Below, one piece after another: positions 28,181 to 37,755 of a DNA stretch of 64,000 nucleotides. Under the pieces are notes generated by a model that saw only the letters and a program-made list of their open reading frames with translations, was not told where the DNA came from and did not search any database. Each line of letters begins with the position of its first letter. The first letter of the stretch is position 1. The DNA is from Dehalococcoidia bacterium (GTDB taxonomy: Bacteria; Chloroflexota; Dehalococcoidia; Plut-88900), in the NCBI GenBank assembly GCA_965249275.1, contig CBDFLQ010000007.1, forward strand, positions 352,001 to 416,000, in the 5' to 3' direction. A program made the translations under genes and the position numbers.

Positions 28181-29308
28181 ATGGTTGTAGAGCAGTTGTT
28201 AACTAGCAGACCGATTTCCAGATTATCGGTCGAGAGGGCCCCGGCCCGGATTAAGGTGGTCGGCGTCGGAGGAGGCGGTTGTAACTGCGTCCGACGCATG
28301 CTGGCCCACAACGTCCCTGGTGTCGAGTTCGTAGTTGTAAACACCGATATCAAGTCACTGGAATCAGTGACCCACGGCGCCACCGTCCTCCAGATTGGTG
28401 AGAACATCACCCACGGATGGGGCGCTGGCGGAGAGTTCGACATCGGCGAGAAAGCTGCGGAAGAGTCTTCCACTCTTATAAAGAAGGCGCTCAAGAACGC
28501 CGAGCTCGTCTTCCTCACCGCCGGCATGGGCGGCGGTACAGGCACCGGAGCCGCACCCTACGTAGCCGAACTGGCAAAGCAGATGGGCGCCCTCGTTGTC
28601 GGAGTTGTCACAACTCCCTTCAGCTTTGAAGGCACCCGCAGGCTCAGCCAGGCCATCGCCGGCGTCGCACGGCTCCGCCGCCACGTGGACAACCTCATCG
28701 TCATCCACAATGACCGGCTCCTCCAGTTTGTGGACCACGATGCCGGGATGACCGAGGCCTTCCAGACCGCGGACGAGGTGGTCAGCCAGGGCATCGTCAG
28801 TGTCTCCGAGCTCATCAATGTCCCCGGTGAGATCAACGTAGACTTCGCCGACGTCCAGACCATTATGTCCAGCCCCGGTGGCGCTCTCATGGCCATGGGA
28901 CTGGGACGAGGCAGCATGGGCGCACTGGAGGCCGCCAGGCAGGCAGTGACCAACCCCCTCCTCAACCTCTCCATCAGAGGCGCCAAGGGAGTCCTCTTCT
29001 CCGTCAAGGGCGGCGATGAATTGACCCTCGGCGGCGTCAACGCCGCCGGTGAGCTGATCAACAGCGCCGTCGACAAGAACGCCAGCATCTTCTTCGGAAT
29101 GTCCATCGATCCTTCGCTCGGCGACATGGTGAAGCTCACCCTAATCGCCACCGGCCTAAAGCAGGACAAGGGCTTTAACTCCTTCACCGGGAAGTTCAAG
29201 GGACTGTTCCCCGGATTTGAGATGAAGGTGAAGGCCCCTGGCATCATGGGCCGGGGTAAGAAGAGGAAGAAGCGGTCCTCACAGTACGAATGGGACGACG
29301 ACTTTTAG
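28181..29308 (+). CDS. ftsZ: Cell division GTPase FtsZ (atypical C-terminus)
   Basis: IKVVGVGGGGCN, NTD, AGMGGGTGTGAAP, PFSFEG, T7 loop INVDFADV; AAGGAGG RBS. Confidence 0.95.
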   Translation: MVVEQLLTSRPISRLSVERAPARIKVVGVGGGGCNCVRRMLAHNVPGVEFVVVNTDIKSLESVTHGATVLQIGENITHGWGAGGEFDIGEKAAEESSTLIKKALKNAELVFLTAGMGGGTGTGAAPYVAELAKQMGALVVGVVTTPFSFEGTRRLSQAIAGVARLRRHVDNLIVIHNDRLLQFVDHDAGMTEAFQTADEVVSQGIVSVSELINVPGEINVDFADVQTIMSSPGGALMAMGLGRGSMGALEAARQAVTNPLLNLSIRGAKGVLFSVKGGDELTLGGVNAAGELINSAVDKNASIFFGMSIDPSLGDMVKLTLIATGLKQDKGFNSFTGKFKGLFPGFEMKVKAPGIMGRGKKRKKRSSQYEWDDDF

Positions 29309-29465
29309 GTAACCCAGGACTCGGGGCACGGGAGGCGACCCTCAACTCCACCTTCCGTGCCCCCCATCCTTGCCGCATCCTGAAATCGAGCCCGTCGTCG
29401 GATACGGGATGTAATGACAGAGTAGGTCGAGAAACCCGAAACTGAGAATTTGGCAGGTAGAAACC

Positions 29466-30221
29466 GTGGCTTTACAACAGACTCTCCCAACCCCACAAAT
29501 CCAACTGGACCCGGTAGCCAAGATAGCTTTCGAACGGCCTGCTTTGGCCCTCTGCTATCCCTCCCTGAAGCATGCCTCCCCGGCAGCCGAGTTGACTGCC
29601 AGATCAGAAAAGGACGCTGGCAGAAGAGGTCCCAATCACCCCAGCGTCACTCTTCTCCTTTCCAGCATAATTGAGTTGGAGCGTAGGGACATGATTGCCA
29701 TCGGAGCCTCTACCTTCAGAGCCAACCGAGGAGAGGCAGGCGGCATCTGGGTTACCAAGAAGGTGCCCCATTGCCCCGGCAGCGGAATGACTTCGGACCT
29801 CTTCCACAGCATCACCCACGGTTACTCCTCCCTCAAAGACGTCCTCGCCCGCTACTTCCGAGACTCCTTCCGCCAGGACCCCTGGACCCTTGCCTCTACC
29901 CTAGGCATGCAGGAGGCAAAGGCCTACGGGTACCTGACAACCCAGCAATGGCCAGTCACTGGAATCAAGGGTTTCCTGAGCCGCATCGGCCTTTCCAGCG
30001 ACATCCAGACTCTATGGGTTAGGGACGGGCTAAAAGTTAGGGAAGCTACCCAGGCCTCGCGGCTCCTCAGAATTCATATAGACGAGTTTCGCACACGCTC
30101 CCGCAACCTGTACGAAGGCATGCGCGTTGGCATAGCCGAGTCGATTAACAAGATGGATGAGCACCTGACCCCGCGGGTCATCAGGCTCCCACAGCTCAAA
30201 AAGAGGTTTGCCGCAAGTTGA
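29466..30221 (+). CDS. Hypothetical protein
   Basis: 251-aa ORF filling the gap, plausible codon usage, terminator follows; no recognised motif. Confidence 0.6.
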   Translation: MALQQTLPTPQIQLDPVAKIAFERPALALCYPSLKHASPAAELTARSEKDAGRRGPNHPSVTLLLSSIIELERRDMIAIGASTFRANRGEAGGIWVTKKVPHCPGSGMTSDLFHSITHGYSSLKDVLARYFRDSFRQDPWTLASTLGMQEAKAYGYLTTQQWPVTGIKGFLSRIGLSSDIQTLWVRDGLKVREATQASRLLRIHIDEFRTRSRNLYEGMRVGIAESINKMDEHLTPRVIRLPQLKKRFAAS

Positions 30222-30267
30222 CCATATTTGACAACTAACTCTCTTTCTATACCCTCCTCCCCCTTAT

Positions 30268-30303
30268 ACAAAGGGTCCGACCTCCGCCAGTCGGGCCCTT
30301 TGT
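30268..30303. terminator. Intrinsic terminator
   Basis: acaaagggtccgac-ctccgcca-gtcgggccctttgt followed by a T-rich tail. Confidence 0.75.
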
Positions 30304-30457
30304 CTTTGTCCTCGATTTCCCTCTCACGACATCAAACGTCAACTCCATGGAAGAACCCAGAGGGTTGCTCTGTTGACATGACAAAGCAGAACGCCGGTAT
30401 GATCCACCGGCGTTCTGCTTACTTATTCAGTTATGGGGAGCGTGGATATCTGAGAGT

Positions 30458-30721
30458 TTAACTCCGCCCGACACCTTCCGACTCGGCGATCTTCCGCCGG
30501 ACAACTTCATCTCGGGGATAGAAGATCGAGTCCTCGCCAATCACTCCAGCATCCTTTCGTCTCCGAAAGATGAAGAGCTTGTCCCGGGACGAACGCCCAA
30601 GCAAGCCGAGCGCCCCAGCCGTGCTGCCGAGTACGGCCAGACCGCCCAGGGCGATCCCCAAGCCTATGAATTTTCTTCTCTGGTTGATCTTGGTCTCTGC
30701 CTTATCGATTGTGGTGCTCAA
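30458..30721 (-). CDS. Small protein with twin-arginine-like motif and one hydrophobic segment
   Basis: NQRRKFIG followed by a hydrophobic stretch; GGAG RBS and TTG start. Confidence 0.6.
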   Translation of the reverse strand: MSTTIDKAETKINQRRKFIGLGIALGGLAVLGSTAGALGLLGRSSRDKLFIFRRRKDAGVIGEDSIFYPRDEVVRRKIAESEGVGRS

Positions 30722-30995
30722 ATGCTACTCCCGGTGTGAACCCGCCTCAAAGGGTCGGGGCTTAGTTGCGCATGCATATTATAAGCCTCTGACGAAGCGG
30801 TGCAACGGGTCGCATCGGTCCAAAGCGTCACAAAAGCACACTAACCCGGGCGCCGACGGTCGAAACCCTTGGAATCCCGCATGGCACGCCATTTCAGACC
30901 TCGTTCAAAAACCCCTTGCAATCTCATTTTCGCCGTGATAATCTTCGCCCTGATAAACTCTTCACAAAGTTTTTGGGCCGACTCCGGGGGCAATA

Positions 30996-31289
30996 TTGGA
31001 CCCTAATTTCATCACAAGACAAGATTGGGCAGACATCGGTGAGTTTCTCTTGGCCCTCCTTTTCGTACCCGGCCTGATGATCGTCTTCGCCTTCTCCATG
31101 CTCACAGCCCATGCTCTAATCCCTTCGCTCGTCAGATCGGGCCATCTCCCTGATGACCTGTCAAAAGTCCGGCCTGTCTTATACATCATCGCGTTTGCAG
31201 CTCTTCTGGGAGTAATCTCCTATCTCGCCTTCGTGGGCGTCAATGCGGACCGCTCTTTCGGAGACGTTTACTCCCGCTGGTGGCAGTAA
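30996..31289 (+). CDS. Small 2-TM membrane protein heading the ACIII operon
   Basis: Two hydrophobic helices; ends 40 bp before actA. Confidence 0.7.
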   Translation: MDPNFITRQDWADIGEFLLALLFVPGLMIVFAFSMLTAHALIPSLVRSGHLPDDLSKVRPVLYIIAFAALLGVISYLAFVGVNADRSFGDVYSRWWQ

Positions 31290-31329
31290 CCACCCCCTGA
31301 AGGAAAACCGGACTTCCATCAACTAACAG

Positions 31330-31890
31330 ATGCCCACCACGATCAAAATACTCGTACCGATTGTAGGTCTTGGTGTTGGAGTCATCCTCGTCTTGACGGC
31401 GGTATTTTTGACGAAAGCCGTATTCTCCGAACCGTTCCAGGTATTTGGCATGGGTGCCGCTCCCGAGCAGCCCATCAACTTTCCCCACGACGTACATGTC
31501 GAAAAAGTCGGCATCGAGTGCATGTTCTGTCACCGCACCGTCGATTCCAGCGGACCCGCCGGCATACCCCCTGTTGAGCAATGTCTCTTCTGCCACAAGG
31601 ATTTGGGCGATGAGCAGTTCATCCTTTCCGGGAGCGAGGAACTGGAACTCCTTAGGTTTCACTTCGATAACGGCGACCCGATCCAGTGGAAACGAGTCCA
31701 CCGCCTCCCCGACCACGTTCAGTTCCTCCATGAAGCCCACATAGGCGCCGGTATTAACTGTTCCACCTGCCACGGTGACGTGGGCGGCATGCAGGTGGTG
31801 GAGCAGGTCCGAGACCTGAAGATGGGCGACTGCGTTGACTGTCACCGGGAGAATAACGCCCCTACCGATTGCCTAACGTGTCACTATTAG
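31330..31890 (+). CDS. actA: ACIII pentahaem cytochrome c subunit
   Basis: N-terminal TM, QPINFPHDVH, 5 CxxCH motifs, WKRVHRLPDHVQF.HEAH. Confidence 0.9.
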   Translation: MPTTIKILVPIVGLGVGVILVLTAVFLTKAVFSEPFQVFGMGAAPEQPINFPHDVHVEKVGIECMFCHRTVDSSGPAGIPPVEQCLFCHKDLGDEQFILSGSEELELLRFHFDNGDPIQWKRVHRLPDHVQFLHEAHIGAGINCSTCHGDVGGMQVVEQVRDLKMGDCVDCHRENNAPTDCLTCHY

Positions 31891-31924
31891 ACTTGGGAAA
31901 TGCACCTAAAGCGGTAAATTAAAA

Positions 31925-34174
31925 TTGCCAGTTAGCCGAAGACAATTTCTAAAGATCGCCGGTATCTCGTCATTGGGCGCGGTCATATTTAAGGCCTGTG
32001 GTTTCGATGCGGAAGAGAACCTCGTCGAGAGCCCGGTAAACCTCCCCGAAGACCTGGTCACCGGGACCGATAACTGGTATGCCAGCACGTGCCGGCAGTG
32101 CCCCGCAGGCTGCGGCAACATTGTTCGGGTCATGGAAGGCCGAGCCAAGAAGATCGAGGGTAACCCCAACCATCCCCTGAGCCGAGGCAAGCTCTGTGTA
32201 AGAGGACAGGCAGGAGTCCAGGCCCTTTACCACCCCGACAGGATAGCCGGGCCTATGCGCCGCTCCGGTCCCCGAGGCTCCAGCCAATATGAACGTATAT
32301 CTTGGAATGACGCCGAGGCGGAAATAGTCCCACGCCTCCAAAACACCCAGGCCGACCGCGTGCTCCTGGCCACCGAGCCCCTCAGGGGTAGACTGGCAAT
32401 GGTCACCAAGCGGTTTGTCGAAGCCCTTGGCATCCGACATCACTCATTTGAAACTCTGGAGCGCTCCACTAACCTGAAAGCGGCAATGCGACAGGTCTTC
32501 GGTGTGGAGCAATTGCCGGAATTCGATCTGGAAAACACGAACTTCCTCCTCGGTTTCGGCGCAGACTTGCTTGAAACTTGGCTTTCCACAGTCCGGTACA
32601 ACCGCGGTTACGGCCATTTCCGGCAGGGCAACCACCGAGAGCGCGGGACATTCGTACATGTCGATAGCCGCTTCTCCATGACCGCCGCCAACGCCGACAA
32701 GTGGGTACCCGTCAAACCCGGCATGGAGGGCATATTAGCCCTCGGCTTAGCCTACGTAATTATCAGAGAAGAGCTCGGCGACAAGGCCGCAGCCGATGCC
32801 ATGACCGGAGGCCGGGGCTTCGAAGCCCTCGCCCCCTTCGCGCCCAACCTAACCGCCGAAATGACAGGGGTGTCGGAGAACGAGGCCATTGCTCTCGCCC
32901 GACGTTTCGCCGAAGAGCAGCCGAGTCTCGCCATCGGAGGCGGCTCCGCCGGTGCGCACACCAACGGTGTCTACAACCTGGCGGCTATATATTCTCTCAA
33001 CGTGCTCGTAGGAAACCTGGGAGTGGACGGCGGACTTCACTTCAATCCCTCGCCATTGTCTCCGGGCGCCGGCGACTCTATTCCCGACTCCACGTTCAAG
33101 GACTGGCAGGATATCGCCAGCGATATGGGGAACGTGGAACTCCTTATGGTTAGGAATGTGGATCCCGTCCACGGCCTGCCAGAGGACTTGGGCTTCCAGG
33201 AAGCCATTGCGAAAGTGCCCTACGTAGTTAGTTTCTCCAGCTTCATGGACGACACCACATCCCAAGCCGACCTCATCCTGCCCGACAGCACTTATCTCGA
33301 ATCCTGGGGCGACGATGTTCCCGACCCGGGCCCCGGCTACGAAATGGTCACATTCCAGCAGCCTGTAGTAGCTCCGTTCCAGGATACCCGGTCCTTCGGG
33401 GATGCTTTAATTGGCATCTCCAGCCGTCTCGGCGGCTCGGTGGCCTCCGCTCTGCCTTGGACAAGTTTCAAGGAAGTTGTCCAGGAAAGCGCCCAAGAGC
33501 TATTCGCTCTCAACCGCGGCAACCTTACCCTCGATGGCAGCTTCGAGGCCTTTTGGAACGGGCTGCTACAGCGTGGCGTTTGGTATGACCAAGACTCCAG
33601 GCCCAGTACGAAGGTTGACCCCCAGCCCCTCCCCACGGAAGTCAACGCTCCCGTATTTCAAAATGCCCCCCATGAGGAGGGCATGAATCTCATCGTCTAC
33701 CAGACCAACTCCATGCTTGACGGAAAGCTGGCCCACCTTCCGTGGCTTCAGGCTACACCCGACCCCATCACCACCGTGGTCTGGGATACATGGGTAGACC
33801 TCAGCCGCGAGGACGCACGTAGGATGGAAGTGAAGTCGAACGACATCGTAGAGGTCAGGTCCCAGTACGGTGCAATCGAAGCCCCGGTTTATGTAAACAG
33901 AGGAACGCCCCCAGGCACGGTATGCATCCCCGTTTCCCAGGGTCACTCGGCCTTCGGGCGCTACGCCGAGAACCGGGGCACTAACGTTATGTCGATTCTT
34001 GCGCCTCTCACCGACCCCAACACCGGGGCCCTTGCCTACAACGCTACCAGGGTCAAAGTCACCAAGACTGACCGGCAGAGGACTTTGCCCAAGTTCGAAG
34101 GCGTAGTCGAAGCATTGCCCGCCGTAACCACCGAGCTCATTCAGATTGCAAACGGAAAGGACGGCTCTCACTAG
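31925..34174 (+). CDS. actB1: ACIII ActB1/QrcB-like molybdopterin-oxidoreductase-fold subunit
   Basis: Tat signal SRRQFLK, CRQCPAGC...KLC, KIEGNPNHP, YLESWGD, LPWLQATPDPIT. Confidence 0.8.
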   Translation: MPVSRRQFLKIAGISSLGAVIFKACGFDAEENLVESPVNLPEDLVTGTDNWYASTCRQCPAGCGNIVRVMEGRAKKIEGNPNHPLSRGKLCVRGQAGVQALYHPDRIAGPMRRSGPRGSSQYERISWNDAEAEIVPRLQNTQADRVLLATEPLRGRLAMVTKRFVEALGIRHHSFETLERSTNLKAAMRQVFGVEQLPEFDLENTNFLLGFGADLLETWLSTVRYNRGYGHFRQGNHRERGTFVHVDSRFSMTAANADKWVPVKPGMEGILALGLAYVIIREELGDKAAADAMTGGRGFEALAPFAPNLTAEMTGVSENEAIALARRFAEEQPSLAIGGGSAGAHTNGVYNLAAIYSLNVLVGNLGVDGGLHFNPSPLSPGAGDSIPDSTFKDWQDIASDMGNVELLMVRNVDPVHGLPEDLGFQEAIAKVPYVVSFSSFMDDTTSQADLILPDSTYLESWGDDVPDPGPGYEMVTFQQPVVAPFQDTRSFGDALIGISSRLGGSVASALPWTSFKEVVQESAQELFALNRGNLTLDGSFEAFWNGLLQRGVWYDQDSRPSTKVDPQPLPTEVNAPVFQNAPHEEGMNLIVYQTNSMLDGKLAHLPWLQATPDPITTVVWDTWVDLSREDARRMEVKSNDIVEVRSQYGAIEAPVYVNRGTPPGTVCIPVSQGHSAFGRYAENRGTNVMSILAPLTDPNTGALAYNATRVKVTKTDRQRTLPKFEGVVEALPAVTTELIQIANGKDGSH

Positions 34175-34194
34175 CCGTACCCAGGAGGTAATCC

Positions 34195-34902
34195 TTGGCA
34201 GACCAAAACAAATTCAAGTGGGGTATGGTTATCGACGTCGACCGGTGCACCGGTTGTGAGGCATGCGTAGTAGCTTGCCAAGCCGAGAACAATATTCCTC
34301 TAAATGAAGAGGACAGGTTCCACCAGGGACGCGCCATAGAATGGATTCGGATCGAGCGCTACTGGGAGGGTGAATACCCTGACGTCAAGGCCAAGTTCCT
34401 TCCCGTCCTTTGCCAGCACTGCGACAACGCTCCTTGCGAGCCCGTCTGTCCCGTCTATGCCACCTACCACAACGACCAGGGCATGAACGTCCAGGTCTAC
34501 AACAGGTGTGTAGGCACCCGATACTGTGCAAACAACGATCCCTACCAGGTGCGATTCTTCAACTTCTGGGAGCCCGAATGGCCCGAGTCCCTGGAAAATC
34601 AGCTAAACCCGGATGTTACCGTCCGCACTCGAGGGCTGATGGAGAAGTGCTCCTTCTGTGTCCAGCGCATTCGGCGCACGGAGCGCGACCTCAAAAACGA
34701 TGGCCGAGATCTCAGGGACGGCGAATTGCAGCCTGCCTGCGCCCAGACCTGCCCAACCGACGCATTGGTATTCGGAAACATGAAAGACCCGGAAAGCCGT
34801 GTCTCTAAGCTCGCAAAGAGCGACAGACACTACAAGTTGCTCGAAAACTTGGGCACGGAGCCCAACGTGATTTATCTGAAGAAAGTGGAGCGTGATGGCT
34901 AG
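34195..34902 (+). CDS. actB2: ACIII ActB2 iron-sulfur subunit
   Basis: WGMVID..CTGCEACVVACQAENN, CQHCDNAPCEPVCP, YNRCVGTRYC, NPDVTVR.RG.MEKCSFCVQRI. Confidence 0.88.
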   Translation: MADQNKFKWGMVIDVDRCTGCEACVVACQAENNIPLNEEDRFHQGRAIEWIRIERYWEGEYPDVKAKFLPVLCQHCDNAPCEPVCPVYATYHNDQGMNVQVYNRCVGTRYCANNDPYQVRFFNFWEPEWPESLENQLNPDVTVRTRGLMEKCSFCVQRIRRTERDLKNDGRDLRDGELQPACAQTCPTDALVFGNMKDPESRVSKLAKSDRHYKLLENLGTEPNVIYLKKVERDG

Positions 34903-36334
34903 CGGCGAACACGAAGAGCTCCACTCTTTAGTCGAGATTCCGCGGCCGACGTCGCAGCAGGTCAACGACGACCTTCTCTCCCAGACTAACACCTTGGGTC
35001 AGCGGTTCAAGACTGCAACCCCCATATTCGGCGTTCTGGTGGCCGTGGGAATCATCGGCTTCATCATCAAGGCCCTGGACGGCTTTGACGACCGCAAGGA
35101 CTGGGGTTACTACGCCGCCATTTTCGCCTTCCTGTTCACCACTTGTCAGAGCGCTCTGCTTGTATCCGCAACCATGAGGCTGGCTAAGACTCACTGGCGC
35201 CGCCCCCTCGCCCGTGTATCCGAGCTCTTCGCCATCGTCGGTGTATTCAACCTCCTTATATTCCTTCCCCTCCTATGGACAATACCCGAGGCCGAAGGCC
35301 GCAACAGCATTTGGTTCGAGTGGCCTTGGGGCGCCCCCCACCTCCTTGATGCCCTCGCCATGATCTTCCTGGTCCTTAACGGCCTTGCCCTTCTTTGGGC
35401 TTCCTCCCTTCCTGACATAGCGCTTTACGGGCGTAGGTACGGAGGCGTTCGTGGCGCTCTTGCCCGGCTCATGTCCAGGGGTTGGAAAGGCACTCCCCTC
35501 CAGTGGACCGTTCTCAAGAGCGGCCAGATTGCCCTCGGCACTTTCTACTTTATATTCCTTATAGGAGTCGTCTTCATCATATCTTCCGACTTCTCGATGG
35601 CTTTAGTGCCTGGCTGGATCGACGCCATATTCCCCGCTTTCCAGGCCATCACCTGTATCCAGGCGGGTATCGCAACCACCATGCTCACCCTTTACCTGGT
35701 GCGACGCTTCGGCGGCCACGAGAAGTACATTTACATGGAAGTATTCTGGGCGTTGAGCAAGATCCTGATAGCCTTCACCCTGCTCTGGATATATTTCTGG
35801 TTCGCCGGATTCATAACTTTCTGGTATGGCCGCAAACCGGTGGAGGAGAACGTCCTCCAGCTACTCATGATCGGGCCCTACCGCTTTGCTTTCTACTTGG
35901 CCGTGTTCCTGAGTTTCGTGGTGCCCTTCCTGATCCTCATGTGGAATTGGGTGCGCAAGACACCTGCGGGCCCGTCCATAGCCTCGGCGGTCATCATCTG
36001 TGGCGTATTCTTCGATAAGCTGCGGCTGTACGTTGCCTCTTATTCCTTCACAAATGACGAGTTGGCAGCCGCTCTCCATCACGAGTCGGAATTCGTCAAC
36101 ACGACCTTTCCGGCCACCGGCGCCGATATTCCCCACTTCTTCGTGACTAACTGGCCGGACTATACCGACATTATGGTTATCCTCGGTGGCTTGGCCATGC
36201 CCTTCTTTGTCTATCTGATCGCCACCAAGCTTCTTCCGGTCATTTCCATCTGGGAAACTAAGGAAGGCTACCTATTGAGTTCGGTTAAGACCATTCTGAA
36301 ACGCCGGTACCTGGTACTGGCCAAGCCTGATTGA
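34892..36334 (+). CDS. actF: NrfD-family membrane subunit, ActF-like paralog
   Basis: About 10 TM segments, WRRPLARVSE; lacks the ActC HAG, H.GRPW and SVHS motifs. Confidence 0.6.
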   Translation: MMASGEHEELHSLVEIPRPTSQQVNDDLLSQTNTLGQRFKTATPIFGVLVAVGIIGFIIKALDGFDDRKDWGYYAAIFAFLFTTCQSALLVSATMRLAKTHWRRPLARVSELFAIVGVFNLLIFLPLLWTIPEAEGRNSIWFEWPWGAPHLLDALAMIFLVLNGLALLWASSLPDIALYGRRYGGVRGALARLMSRGWKGTPLQWTVLKSGQIALGTFYFIFLIGVVFIISSDFSMALVPGWIDAIFPAFQAITCIQAGIATTMLTLYLVRRFGGHEKYIYMEVFWALSKILIAFTLLWIYFWFAGFITFWYGRKPVEENVLQLLMIGPYRFAFYLAVFLSFVVPFLILMWNWVRKTPAGPSIASAVIICGVFFDKLRLYVASYSFTNDELAAALHHESEFVNTTFPATGADIPHFFVTNWPDYTDIMVILGGLAMPFFVYLIATKLLPVISIWETKEGYLLSSVKTILKRRYLVLAKPD

Positions 36335-36369
36335 CAATCCCAACGCAAAGAGGTTAGCGGAGACTCTTA

Positions 36370-37746
36370 ATGCAAGAACGAGTCCCTGTTCCCGATTCCG
36401 AAATAAATCGAGAACTCCTAAGCCCCATAGAAACTCACCCTAAGTGGTTTTTCATTACTGTGGCAGTTCTGGCCCTGATCGTGGCCACCGCGGGCGGGGC
36501 GTTGGGCTGGATGATAAATCAGGGTCTGGGCGTCACTGGCCTTAATCGGCCGGTGATGTGGGGCTTCTTCATCTCCAATTTCGTATTCTGGGTCGGCATC
36601 AGCCACGCTGGCGTTATGATCTCCTCGATCCTCAGGCTCAGCCAGGCAGAATGGCGCAGGCCCGTAACCCGTGCCGCCGAGGTCCTCACTATCTTCTCCC
36701 TGATGACCGCTGCCCTCTTCCCACTGATGCACGCTGGGCGGCCTTGGCGCATAGCCTACTGGATCTTCCCCTATGACTTCGCCCGCGGCATCTGGCCTAA
36801 CATACGCTCTCCCCTGGTATGGGACCCGGCCGCTATATTCACCTATCTGACTGGAGCCACTCTATTCGTTTTAATAGCCCTGGTCCCGGACCTCGCCGTA
36901 ATGCGAGACCGCAACAAGGGTGTAAGGAAGCAGATATACGGATTCTTGTCCCTCGGGTTCCGGGGCACGCCACGTCAGTGGAGGCTCCAGGCCATCGCCG
37001 GAATCCTGCTCTCTGCGTTGATACTGCCAGTGTTCGTCTCAGTGCACAGCATTGTGTCCTGGGACTTCGGTATGGCTGTATCCGTCGCGAGCTGGCACAC
37101 GACTGTGATGGCCCCCTACTTCGTGATCGGTGCCGTGCACTCGGGTGTATCGGCCGTAGTTACGATGATGGCTCTGCTGCGCTGGGTCTTCAAGTGGGAC
37201 AAGTTCATCCGTCCCGAACACTTCGACGGCCTGGGCCGTCTCCTCATCGTCGTCGGCACCGGCTGGTTCTATTTCTTCATCCTGGAGTTCATATTCGGCC
37301 TCTACAGCCAGGAAACTTCCGAGGTCACGCTCAGAAATATGCTGCTCTATGAGTGGCCGTGGAACTTCATGTTCTTCACATTCCTGGCGACCTCATACTT
37401 CATCCCGATACCGATGTGGCTGTTCAGGGGAGTGAGACGCAACGTGTTGCTGATGTTCCTCACCTCCATCCTCGTCAACATCGGCATGTGGCTGGAGAGG
37501 TTCTTGATCATCGTTCCGGGCCTGATGAGAAAACAGGAGTTCACTTTCGTCTGGGCCAACTACAGGCCGAGTGTCGTTGAGATATTGCTCGTTGTCGGGT
37601 CCTTTGCGTTTGTGACCATGATGGTGCTGCTCTTCTCCAAGGTCTTCCCTCTCATTCCTCTGTTCGACCAGAAGGAGGGCAAGATACTGGAGGCCACCAC
37701 CAGGGTAGGCAGGCGGAATGTTCCGTCCATTGTCAGAGAAGAGTAA
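36370..37746 (+). CDS. actC: ACIII quinol-oxidising membrane subunit (NrfD family)
   Basis: WGFFISNFVFWVGISHAG, HAGRPW, SPLVWD, SVHSIVSWDF, NIGMWLERF. Confidence 0.88.
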   Translation: MQERVPVPDSEINRELLSPIETHPKWFFITVAVLALIVATAGGALGWMINQGLGVTGLNRPVMWGFFISNFVFWVGISHAGVMISSILRLSQAEWRRPVTRAAEVLTIFSLMTAALFPLMHAGRPWRIAYWIFPYDFARGIWPNIRSPLVWDPAAIFTYLTGATLFVLIALVPDLAVMRDRNKGVRKQIYGFLSLGFRGTPRQWRLQAIAGILLSALILPVFVSVHSIVSWDFGMAVSVASWHTTVMAPYFVIGAVHSGVSAVVTMMALLRWVFKWDKFIRPEHFDGLGRLLIVVGTGWFYFFILEFIFGLYSQETSEVTLRNMLLYEWPWNFMFFTFLATSYFIPIPMWLFRGVRRNVLLMFLTSILVNIGMWLERFLIIVPGLMRKQEFTFVWANYRPSVVEILLVVGSFAFVTMMVLLFSKVFPLIPLFDQKEGKILEATTRVGRRNVPSIVREE

Positions 37747-37755
37747 GGTGAAGCC

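Noticed and set aside
31925-37746. Polysulfide/tetrathionate reductase or organohalide-respiration complex
   Set aside because: Pentahaem ActA, DUF3341 ActD, ActE and the ActC motifs identify ACIII; no reductive dehalogenase is present
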